Below, piece after piece: positions 36,821 through 45,410 of a DNA stretch of 64,000 nucleotides. The stretch comes from an uncultured Chloroflexia bacterium (GTDB taxonomy: Bacteria > Chloroflexota > Dehalococcoidia > Dehalococcoidales > Fen-1064): the NCBI GenBank assembly GCA_963754195.1, contig CAVWFD010000010.1:47116-111115 (forward strand). Direction: 5' to 3'. The notes below the pieces were generated by a model. The model searched no databases, had not been told where the DNA came from, and worked only from the letters and a program-made list of their open reading frames with translations. The position numbers were made by a program, and so were the translations under genes. How positions within the stretch are numbered: position 1 is the first letter of the stretch; each line of letters starts with the position of its first letter.

Positions 36821-38077
36821 ATGAGTTCAACAATTTCCCTTAAAGACCTTAATGCATTAGTAAGAGACATGGAATTTGGCCCCGATGGTAAAGCCAAACA
36901 GGCCCAGATTCGAGAAATGGCTTACGCCAACGGACTGTTCTTCGCCAGTATCCAGAATCTATATGATGAAATGGGTAAAAAATACGGTGGTTTCACCGTC
37001 CCGGCTGTAAATGTCCGTGGCATTTCATTTGATTTTGCCCGGGCAGTTTTTAGAGCCGCAATCAAGAACAAGGTCGGCCCGTTTGTTTTCGAAATCGCTC
37101 GCTCGGAGATGGAATATACCAAGCAGACCCCCGGACAATTCGCCACCGCAATAATCGCGGCGGGCTTAGCTGAAGGTTATAAAGGCCCCGTCTTCGTACA
37201 GATGGATCACGGCCAGGTGAAAATTAAGAATTATCAAGCGAATCCGGAACAAGAGATGACAGCGATTAAAAACCTGATAAAAGAGTCAGTCGAGGCCGGT
37301 TTCTACAACATCGATATCGATGCTTCCACCATGGTAGACATGAGTAAGACGGATTTAGTAGAACAGCAGGAAGCCAACGGCCGTCTGACGGCCGAACTGA
37401 CCAAATACATCCGCAGTGTTGAACCCAAGGGTCTTACTATCTCCGTCGGCGGAGAAATCGGTGAAATCGGACATACCAATAGTACCGTCGAAGATTTACG
37501 CGCATATATGCTGCAATACCGTAAGAATTTACCCAAAGGAATGAAAGGTATCTCTAAAATCAGCGTCCAAACCGGTACAACTCATGGTGGCGTCGTTCTC
37601 AAGGACGGCTCCATCGCTAAAGTTAAACTGGACTTCGATACCCTGGAGAAACTATCCAAATTGGCCCGGGAAGAATACGGCATGGGCGGTGCCGTCCAAC
37701 ATGGTGCTTCAACCCTGCCCGATGATATGTTCGACCTTTTCCCCAAAAAAGGAACAATGGAAGTACACCTCGCTACTGGATTCCAGAATATCATTTTCGA
37801 TAGCGCTTCTTTCCCAAAGCCATTACTGGATAAAATAAATGCCGGATTAGCCGCTAAATATCCCAATGAACGGAAACCTGACCAAACCGATATCCAGTTC
37901 TATTATCTCACCCGCAAGCGAGCCTTCGGTGATTTCAAGAAAGAAATCTGGGACATACCGCAGGAAAATCTTGATAAAATTTGCGGAGAAATCGAGGAAC
38001 GGTTCTCATTCTTCTTCCACAAGTTAAACGTAGTCGGCACCGACAAACTCGTTAGCCGATTAATCAAAAAGAATTGA
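36821..38077 (+). CDS. class II fructose-bisphosphate aldolase family protein
   Basis: VQMDHG, GEIGH and GTTHGGV are class II zinc-ligand-type motifs. 418 aa. Confidence 0.75.
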   Translation: MSSTISLKDLNALVRDMEFGPDGKAKQAQIREMAYANGLFFASIQNLYDEMGKKYGGFTVPAVNVRGISFDFARAVFRAAIKNKVGPFVFEIARSEMEYTKQTPGQFATAIIAAGLAEGYKGPVFVQMDHGQVKIKNYQANPEQEMTAIKNLIKESVEAGFYNIDIDASTMVDMSKTDLVEQQEANGRLTAELTKYIRSVEPKGLTISVGGEIGEIGHTNSTVEDLRAYMLQYRKNLPKGMKGISKISVQTGTTHGGVVLKDGSIAKVKLDFDTLEKLSKLAREEYGMGGAVQHGASTLPDDMFDLFPKKGTMEVHLATGFQNIIFDSASFPKPLLDKINAGLAAKYPNERKPDQTDIQFYYLTRKRAFGDFKKEIWDIPQENLDKICGEIEERFSFFFHKLNVVGTDKLVSRLIKKN

Positions 38078-38095
38078 CTAACCCAATAAACGCAC

Positions 38096-38140
38096 AAAGG
38101 GAGCGTTGCCGAATTCGGCAACGCTCCCTTTATTTTTTTA
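38096..38140 (+). terminator. rho-independent terminator (between convergent genes, probably bidirectional)
   Basis: Perfect 16-bp stem AAAGGGAGCGTTGCCG-AATT-CGGCAACGCTCCCTTT followed by ATTTTTTT. Confidence 0.85.
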
Positions 38141-38152
38141 AAAATTGGATGG

Positions 38153-39037
38153 TTATTGTTTATGCAGGTTCCATATCCAACTGTGGCTGCTTGATTGATA
38201 ATGGGCTTGAAAATTTCCATCGGAAAGCGTGCCCGTCATCGGTGTTACCTGTCCATCTTGAGTTTGAGCCTGGCCGGTGAAAACTCCGTTCACAATTTTC
38301 CCAAATAAAACCGGGCCCAGCACGTCGCCGCTGCTATCTATTTCGATACTCGCCGGACCGGTACTGGTTTCCGGAGTCCCACCGAGTGCGGAATAAATAG
38401 TGAATGTTTGAGTACCAACATAATTAGCAACACTGGGGGGACTACTGAAAATGGTTGAATTGTTACTATTGTGGGAAATATTATTATACATATATAATAA
38501 TCCGGCAACCACGGCTGCGATAATAATAATCGCTATAAACCCCCTCATTACATTTCCCCCGGTTTTACGTCCCTTAGGCGCAGATTTGCTAGAAATACCA
38601 GGACGCGCTGTAGCCGGTTGGGGAGGTTTCACTGTAGTTTTTGCTGGTTCATTTGTTTGTTGGTCGGAGCTCTTTTCCCTGGATTTTGGAGAATCCTCAA
38701 CAACAACCGTCACCATGTCCTCACTGGTTTTAAATGTGCCATGAGTATCACCACGTACCGTAAAAGGATAACTGCCGGGAGGTGTATTGGCGGATACTAC
38801 GATATGAAGCACAGCCATCGTACCCGGAATGGCTGCTGGAGGGATGATCTGGGCAATCAAACCTGCAGATACCCATGTAGGGCTGATACTTAAAGTCACC
38901 GGCTGTGGTTCGCCCCTGACGAGTTCAACTACCACCGGCACTTCTAGCGCTTGTCCTGGAGTAGCGGACATTATGTGTGTAGATAAATGTATACTAAAAT
39001 CAAATTGCCATTCCGGTTTCCATGATGACGTTTCCAT
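38153..39037 (-). CDS. hypothetical single-pass membrane protein
   Basis: 294 aa. The N-terminal beta-rich domain is followed by a Pro/Lys/Thr linker, a TM helix (FIAIIIIAAVVAGLLY) and a C-terminal domain. Confidence 0.6.
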   Translation of the reverse strand: METSSWKPEWQFDFSIHLSTHIMSATPGQALEVPVVVELVRGEPQPVTLSISPTWVSAGLIAQIIPPAAIPGTMAVLHIVVSANTPPGSYPFTVRGDTHGTFKTSEDMVTVVVEDSPKSREKSSDQQTNEPAKTTVKPPQPATARPGISSKSAPKGRKTGGNVMRGFIAIIIIAAVVAGLLYMYNNISHNSNNSTIFSSPPSVANYVGTQTFTIYSALGGTPETSTGPASIEIDSSGDVLGPVLFGKIVNGVFTGQAQTQDGQVTPMTGTLSDGNFQAHYQSSSHSWIWNLHKQ

Positions 39038-39254
39038 ATTAGAACCTCTGATTAATGCTGATTATTACATGAATCAGTCAACGGGTCAATAAGTACAGTG
39101 TAATATATATACGCTCCAGTGTCCTCTCTAGCCAGTACCAAAGCATAATCCCACCAGGCATACTAAAATAACGATAGTAATACCTGGGAACACTTGTTAT
39201 TATAGACACAATCGGCAACAAAATAATAAGGCAATTAAATCGGGGTAAGGGAAT

Positions 39255-41045
39255 ATGCTCTTCAGTTTTACCGCTACATCGGCATTAGAATTGATTGTCG
39301 GCATCACGGCTCTTTTTATTGCCACAATAATCTGGACGAGACGTCCGATTCCGGGCGCCCTGCCTTTTACGATTCTTATGCTTTGTGTCACCGTATGGGT
39401 TGGTATCCGTGCTTTTGATATTGCAGCGATTGATTTATCTGTAAAAATATTTCTAGGTAAGTTGCTATATTTTGCAGGGTTCGCAATTAGTGTTATGTGG
39501 TTGTTTTTTGCTTTGGACTACGCTGGTAACACATGGTGGCGACGACCCAGAGATTTTCTCCCTTTTTTAATTATTCCGTTTATTACACTAGTTGTAATAC
39601 TGACCGGTCATTGGCATGGTTGGAATTGGCTTAGAATACGACCCGTTGAAACTGCATCCAACGCGCTTTTATTGTGGACTCACGGTCCGATGTTTTGGAT
39701 ACAGACAATTTATATATTTTCACTCTTTTTAACAGGCATCGTTTTATTATGGCGATTTGTGCTCACAAGCAAGACATTGAATCGATGGAAGATAGCCGCA
39801 ATATTGATTGCGACCATACTTCCCATCGCCGGGCACATAATCAGTGTTTTAGGTTATTCTATCGGCGGAATCCAGGATTTTACTCCCTATGCTTTGGTTA
39901 CCGCCGGCATTATTTATACCATAACTATTTTTCGCTTTAAATTTGTAGACATAGTCCCGGTAGCAAGAACAGCGCTAATAGAGAATATGCAGGATGGCAT
40001 TATTGTATTGGACGCAAAAGGATATATATTCGAAATCAATCCGGTTGCCGCGACGATAGGGAAGTGTAGCAAAATATCAGCTACAGGAAAACGCCTTGTA
40101 CAAGTTTGGCCGGAACTGGATCGCCTTGTTTCACAGACGGACTGGAAACAAAACATAGAAACTTCTTTTGAGACCCCAGAGAAAAGACTTTACTTTGAAA
40201 TCAATTTAACATCGATATATAACAAACAAAGGGAATTTATAGGTCGTTTAATTGTGCTCAAGGATATTACTGAACGCAATTTAAATCAACGGAAACTAGA
40301 GACACTCTATCAGGAAGAACATCGATTGCGTAGTAATTTAGAGGAAGAAATAACCAAGCGTAATGTTTTAACGAGTGCACTGGTACATGAATTAAATACG
40401 CCATTGACGGCAATTCTAGCCGCCTGCGAGTTATTATATTCAGCGTCCAAAGAAAACATGTTGCCGTCTCTATTCGATATCATAAGTCGATCTTCTCTTT
40501 TCTTGAAAGAACGGATTAATGATTTGCTTGAATTAGCGCACGGTGAGGCAGGTGTGCTCCAACTCCTGTCTGAGCCTTTAGATATATCTATAATAATTCG
40601 TGAAGTAATAAATGACATGAGTGTGGTAGCTAAAAACAAGGGGATTGCGTTGGTTTCAGACACTCCGGAACTTCCTCCAGTCTTTGGAGATAGCCGGCGT
40701 ATACGGCAAGTGTTGATCAGTCTGATTAGCAATGTCCTTAAATATACCAATAAAGGGCAGGTCGTTGTACAAGCAAGTAAATATAATGATGAAACCCTGT
40801 TAATTCAGGTAACTGACACCGGATGCGGAATAGATAAAGAACGTCTAGAATATCTTTTTAATCCATACAGGCGCGTGTTGACCGATGGAGAGAAACTCGG
40901 GGGAATCGGTATTGGGTTGGCATTGAGTAAAATCATCGTGGAACTTCATGGTGGTAAGATTTAGGTAGAGAGCACTCCCGGCATCGGTTCTTCGTTTTAT
41001 TTCACCATACCGCTATATAAGAACAATCAAGGGAAGCAAGGGTAA
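39255..41045 (+). pseudogene. sensor histidine kinase (7TM N-domain, PAS, HisKA, HATPase_c) with in-frame TAG
   Basis: H-box HELNTPLTAI, N-box ISNVLKYT, G1 DTGCGI and G2 GGIGIGLALS. The stop at 40962-40964 interrupts HGGKI*VESTPGIGSSFYFTIP where Trp is expected. Confidence 0.75.
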
Positions 41046-41076
41046 TCTTGGGGAGATTAATTAGCTCCCCGAACTG

Positions 41077-41340
41077 GTGGCCCAAAGCGTTTTGCGTGAC
41101 ATCTACCCTTACCATTTACCCAGCTTGGCACGAAGGCGGCAGCAGGAATCCCACAAACGTTTTGCTCTGGGGAAAGAGGCGTTAGCGTCCGAATGCCAAT
41201 GTTTACTCACCAATGGCACAGTGAAGAATCGCACAGAGCTTGCGTGCCGAGTGGGCGTTCCCAAGGCATGCGTTACCCAATTGCTGGGCGCTGAACACAA
41301 AAAAGGTATTGACAAGATGGTGTCACCTGCGATACCATAA
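41077..41340 (+). CDS. hypothetical protein / HTH-containing gene fragment
   Basis: GTG-initiated 87-aa ORF. NRTELACRVGVPKACVTQLL looks like an HTH. No RBS seen. Confidence 0.25.
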   Translation: MAQSVLRDIYPYHLPSLARRRQQESHKRFALGKEALASECQCLLTNGTVKNRTELACRVGVPKACVTQLLGAEHKKGIDKMVSPAIP

Positions 41341-41419
41341 ATATAACGGAACCGACCAGCGGTAGAGAAGAAAGAAAAACCGAAAGGAGGGCGGAATATG
41401 TTAGGAGGTTGTTTCTGCA

Positions 41420-41644
41420 ATGGCGAAAGACAAAAAATCTTTGGAGACAATCCGGCGGAATCCAAGAAATCTAACCTTACATGATTTCGAAGCGCTAATA
41501 AGAAGGCATGGTACCATTGAAGAAGGGGCAAAACATCCCAAGGCCATAATAGGAACTCATACAATGCCTTATAAAAGGGAAAACCCCATTAAAGTCTGCT
41601 ACGTAAAGGAGTTGTTGGATATTATAGAAGAACAAGATTCGTAG
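41420..41644 (+). CDS. hicA: HicA-like toxin (putative)
   Basis: 74 aa, sits directly upstream of hicB. The LTLHDFEALIRRHG...KHPKAII pattern has HicA-like layout. Confidence 0.5.
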   Translation: MAKDKKSLETIRRNPRNLTLHDFEALIRRHGTIEEGAKHPKAIIGTHTMPYKRENPIKVCYVKELLDIIEEQDS

Positions 41645-41693
41645 ATGTCTGAGTAAGAGTAAGATCGGAATGGAATAGATTAGGAGATTGAAG

Positions 41694-42125
41694 ATGGTAG
41701 TCAAAAGTAATATAGGTAAGGAGTTAGAATATTATACAAAATTGCCTTACACCGTTATTGTTGAGCAATGGGATGACGGGCAAGGCCCTTATTGGGTTGC
41801 TAGAATCGCAGAACTTCCTCATTGTTTAATCCATGGAGATACAGCTGAAGAAGCTGTGAAAGAGATCCAGGACGTTAAAATAGATTGGATAAAGTCTAAT
41901 CTGGAAAGAGGACTTCCCATCCCCGAACCGATGACCCACAAATATAGCGGGCAAATCAGGCTCAGAATTTCGCCTTCTCTTCATAAATTATTATCGTATA
42001 GGGCTGAGACAGAAGGATTGAGTCTAAATCAATTTATGGCTACATCGCTAGCAACTTGTGTAGGTGTAATTAAAGAACCTATTCCTATGCGAAGGAGTAA
42101 AAAACAAACTTTAGCAAAGGTTTAG
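41694..42125 (+). CDS. hicB: HicB family antitoxin (N-terminal HicB fold + C-terminal ribbon-helix-helix)
   Basis: YTVIVEQWDDGQGPYWVARIAELPHCLIHGDTAEEA and SGQIRLRISPSLHKLLSYRAETEGLSLNQF. ATG lies 7 nt after TAGGAG. Confidence 0.8.
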   Translation: MVVKSNIGKELEYYTKLPYTVIVEQWDDGQGPYWVARIAELPHCLIHGDTAEEAVKEIQDVKIDWIKSNLERGLPIPEPMTHKYSGQIRLRISPSLHKLLSYRAETEGLSLNQFMATSLATCVGVIKEPIPMRRSKKQTLAKV

Positions 42126-42178
42126 AGGCTTTCAGGCTTTTCGGGAGTTCCATTAAAATTATTGTGCAGGAGGTAAAA

Positions 42179-42463
42179 ATGCGAAAAGTTAGTAAGCGTA
42201 ATAGCTTGGTTAGTCGGAGAGCGCGAGATTTAAAACGTGAAGGAAAAGCGACCGTAAAATCAGGGCTTGGATTAGTGCCTAAACTGGGCACTGTGTTAGG
42301 AATACATGACACAGTTCGTGGTGTTTCCAGAACAACCCGAGCTGCCATAAAATACGGTGACGCAGTTAAGCAGCAGACAGTCACAAGAGTTCAAAGAAAA
42401 GTAAACAATACCACCAGCCCCATTCGGAACGGGCTTAACTCAATAAACAAGTTCCTTAGATAA
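42179..42463 (+). CDS. hypothetical small, highly basic protein
   Basis: ATG follows AGGAGG. 94 aa, Arg/Lys rich, no hydrophobic core evident. Confidence 0.45.
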   Translation: MRKVSKRNSLVSRRARDLKREGKATVKSGLGLVPKLGTVLGIHDTVRGVSRTTRAAIKYGDAVKQQTVTRVQRKVNNTTSPIRNGLNSINKFLR

Positions 42464-42539
42464 CCATCTAGTCTTTGACAGAGATTAGGTTAATACCCTG
42501 ATTTAACAATTTGATAAAGCCATAGTAACAGTAGACCTA

Positions 42540-42628
42540 AGAGGTGGACTTAACAGGGCCGATGCTTGATAGTTCGCCTCTTTTTTTATTCCCTCGATAT
42601 AAGCCGAGTTTGGTAACCCGGCTTTTTT
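42540..42628 (+). terminator. two terminator-like hairpins with T-runs
   Basis: AGAGGTG...CGCCTCT plus a run of seven T (42540-42587), and AAGCCG...CGGCTT followed by four more T (42601-42628). Confidence 0.4.
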
Positions 42629-42660
42629 ATGTCTAAAAATTATTGATGGAGAAATAAAAA

Positions 42661-43890
42661 ATGAAGACAACACAGCAAATTCAAATCGAGCAATTACCCA
42701 TTGGTGACTTACGACCTGACCCGGCCAACCCACGTCATATCAGTGAGCAGGAACTTGAGATTCTAACCCGCAGTATCAACGAGTTCGGTTTAATCGACCC
42801 TATTATCGCCAGACGAGAAGATAAAATGGTGATTGGTGGACACCAGAGATTACTGGCAGCGCGCAAACTGGGATATAAGACCGTACCGGTTGTGTTAACA
42901 GACCTGACGGTCGAGCAAGCCCATCTCTTGAACATCGCCCTGAATAAAATCTCCGGTTCCTTTGACCAGGAACTGCTGGCCCGGCTGTTAAAGGAGCTGC
43001 AGGATGTCCCGAACATCGACCTTTCTCTTTCCGGTTTCGAGGACGATGAGCTTAAAAAGCTGTTAAAAAGTTTAGATGCCAGGGAGAAGCGTGATCGTCC
43101 TGAAATCTTTGACCTGGATGCCGCGGTCAAGGAAGCCCAGAGCGCACCTGTTGCAAAACCAGGCGATGTATGGCTGCTGGGTGAGCATCGACTCGTTTGT
43201 GGTGATTCGATCGACCGGGAAGACGTACAGCGGCTGATGGGACAATCCAAGGCAGCCATGACATTCACTGACCCGCCTTACAATGTTAACTACGGCGACC
43301 ACCGTCATACCGGCGCATCACAGCGGGTTATTGCAAATGATAACCTCGGCGAAGTCTTCGAGCCTTTCCTGGAGAAAGCCTGCCGGAACTTACTAGAGTT
43401 TACCGATGGGGCGGTCTACATCTGTATGTCCTCTTCCGAACTTCACACTCTGCAGAAGGCATTTATATCAGCCGGCGGACACTGGTCGACCTTTATCATC
43501 TGGGCAAAGAACACCTTTACCATTGGTCGCTCCGATTACCAGCGCCAGTACGAGCCTATTCTCTATGGCTGGAGAGAAGGAGTCAATCATTACTGGTGCA
43601 AAGACCGCGACCAGGGAGATGTGTGGCAAGTCGATAAACCATCTTCCAGTCCGTTACATCCGACTATGAAGCCACTGGCCTTGATTGAAAGAGCGATTCA
43701 GAACAGCAGCCAGTCCGGTGACAAGGTACTGGATACCTTCCTGGGGTCGGGCAGCACGCTAATAGCCTGTGAGAGAACCGGCAGGATTTGCTACGGCATG
43801 GAACTGGAACCTCTTTACGTTGATGTGGCGGTGATGAGGTGGGAGTCTTTTACCGGAGAAAAGGCTAAACGAACTGAGGAGGGAAAGTAG
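42661..43890 (+). CDS. ParB-like N-terminal domain fused to N6-adenine/N4-cytosine DNA methyltransferase
   Basis: ParB-N pattern (LRPDPANPR...IGGHQRLLAARKLG), motif IV TDPPYNVNY preceding motif I LDTFLGSGST (beta-class order). Confidence 0.85.
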   Translation: MKTTQQIQIEQLPIGDLRPDPANPRHISEQELEILTRSINEFGLIDPIIARREDKMVIGGHQRLLAARKLGYKTVPVVLTDLTVEQAHLLNIALNKISGSFDQELLARLLKELQDVPNIDLSLSGFEDDELKKLLKSLDAREKRDRPEIFDLDAAVKEAQSAPVAKPGDVWLLGEHRLVCGDSIDREDVQRLMGQSKAAMTFTDPPYNVNYGDHRHTGASQRVIANDNLGEVFEPFLEKACRNLLEFTDGAVYICMSSSELHTLQKAFISAGGHWSTFIIWAKNTFTIGRSDYQRQYEPILYGWREGVNHYWCKDRDQGDVWQVDKPSSSPLHPTMKPLALIERAIQNSSQSGDKVLDTFLGSGSTLIACERTGRICYGMELEPLYVDVAVMRWESFTGEKAKRTEEGK

Positions 43891-43994
43891 TTATGGAGCA
43901 GACACTATTGCCAGCTCGTGTCTCATCAGGAGAAATGAGAAAAAGAAAAGACCCGGTGGTTAGTCCGGGTCTCGGTACTGGGTTTAGTAGCGGA

Positions 43995-44174
43995 TTAATA
44001 TTCCGCGTATTCGTAACCCTGCCGCACCAGGCGTTCGGCAGCCGCTGGAGTCATCACCCAGAACAACTCATCATCACCCAAGATTATCATCTTGGCAGCC
44101 CGGTAGGTGAAGTTTATCGCCGTGGACAGGTTGTTAAATTTAAAAATGGTTTCTTTCAGGATTTCATCATACAT
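43995..44174 (-). CDS. hypothetical small protein
   Basis: 59 aa from the ATG (MYDEILKE). The only plausible minus-strand gene in this module. Confidence 0.4.
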   Translation of the reverse strand: MYDEILKETIFKFNNLSTAINFTYRAAKMIILGDDELFWVMTPAAAERLVRQGYEYAEY

Positions 44175-44328
44175 TTTTGTTTTGCTCCTTCGCTCTCTAC
44201 GTACAATATATATCACTCTAAACGCACGGAAAGTCAAGTCTGCCGAGTTAAAAATAATATTACTTTTTACTTGACTTCAATCAGAATCAGAGTGATGAAT
44301 ACGATAGTAAATAAAAAGGAGGCTGATT

Positions 44329-44784
44329 ATGCCAATCGAAAACAGAAACTTAACCAGGGGAACAAAGCTTACGGGCCGCTACCACAAACAGAGTTACGCC
44401 TACGAAGTGGTGGAGAATGCGGAAGGGAAACTGCGTTACAAACTGGGAGACGGCCGGGAATTCAAGAGTCCCTCGGCTGCCGGCATGGTCATCACCGGAC
44501 ATGCCTGCGACGGCTGGGTCTTCTGGAGTGTCCAAACGGAAGAGAGTGCTGCCAAACCGGAGGCAGAGAAAACGGAAACTCCTGCGGCAATGACCGGACA
44601 CAAAGAGGAACCAGTTGCGGATGCGCCGAAGGGCGACCCCAAGAAAACGGGAGTCTTCCTGATCCCCAACCAGAAGGGAGTACCGGAAGGTCAGATTCGC
44701 TGGTTCTGTCGGGACTGCGGCAAAAGCTTCATTGCAACGGCAGTCGAAGTGCCGGGAGTTTGCCCCAACCATCAAGCCAAATAG
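44329..44784 (+). CDS. hypothetical protein, DUF2924-like N-terminus plus C-terminal CxxC-x14-CxxH zinc ribbon
   Basis: RBS AGGAGG. LTRGTKLTGRY...FKSPSAAGMVITGHACDGWVFW resembles DUF2924. Ends with WFCRDCG...CPNH. Confidence 0.55.
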   Translation: MPIENRNLTRGTKLTGRYHKQSYAYEVVENAEGKLRYKLGDGREFKSPSAAGMVITGHACDGWVFWSVQTEESAAKPEAEKTETPAAMTGHKEEPVADAPKGDPKKTGVFLIPNQKGVPEGQIRWFCRDCGKSFIATAVEVPGVCPNHQAK

Positions 44785-44960
44785 GTAAATCTGAAAATCG
44801 AATAACCGCTGGACAGGCCTCCGATAATGGGGGCCTGTTTTGCTTGGTAATCCTCCTCCCCTCCCCCTTACCAAAGGTAATGAATAGTAATCATCCCGAC
44901 TCCGAGTTGGTTTATTTTGGTAATCAATTTGGTAAACGTAATAAACATGGGGGGTAATGC

Positions 44961-45410
44961 ATGGTAATGCAGCGTAAATGTGTGGTGCGCCTCCCGTCAG
45001 GTGAGTTTTGCCGGATGCCTCCTCTCCGCAATAGTGAATTCTGTTGGGCGCATTCTCCCGAGCATACTCAAGAGGCACAGGAAGCGCGGCGACTGGGCGG
45101 CCAACGCCGTAAGAAAGAAGTGATGCTGTCCGGGGCCTACGACCTCGAGGGAATCGATAATATCTTAGGTATCCGTCGGGTGCTGGAAATAGCCACGATG
45201 GATACTTTGTCATCCGAGAACAACCTGTCCCGTAATCGCACTCTGGGCTACCTTATGCAGGTCGCGTTGAAAGCGATGGAAGCCGGTGAAACAGAGGAAC
45301 GTTTGGCCGCGCTGGAGCAGGCAGTGCATGGCAAGCAAATTGAATGCGAACTCCCGGTTTTTGATGTCGAACTCCATCCTCACCGGGACGAAGACAAGGA
45401 GACCCAATGA
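44961..45410 (+). CDS. hypothetical protein with N-terminal Cys/His cluster
   Basis: C-x9-C-x10-C-x2-H (CVVRLPSGEFCRMPPLRNSEFCWAH). The stop overlaps the next start (ATGA). Confidence 0.55.
   Translation: MVMQRKCVVRLPSGEFCRMPPLRNSEFCWAHSPEHTQEAQEARRLGGQRRKKEVMLSGAYDLEGIDNILGIRRVLEIATMDTLSSENNLSRNRTLGYLMQVALKAMEAGETEERLAALEQAVHGKQIECELPVFDVELHPHRDEDKETQ

Noticed and set aside
28502-40964. Stop-codon reassignment as an explanation for the in-frame TAA (GIY-YIG) and TAG (kinase).
   Set aside because: The two stops replace different amino acids (Gln and Trp). TAA, TAG and TGA all terminate well-conserved genes in this window at the expected lengths. Independent transition mutations or sequencing errors are simpler.
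41109-41564. 151-aa minus-strand ORF across the hicA upstream region.
   Set aside because: It overlaps the hicA-like gene and the HTH fragment, and has no RBS or motif.
43893-45213. Very long ORFs 43893-44957 (+, 354 aa) and 44350-45213 (-, 287 aa).
   Set aside because: They overlap each other and the better-supported genes 43995-44174, 44329-44784 and 44961-45410. They lack RBSs and have Arg/Gly/Ser/Pro-rich off-frame composition. I treat them as shadow ORFs of GC-richer coding DNA.
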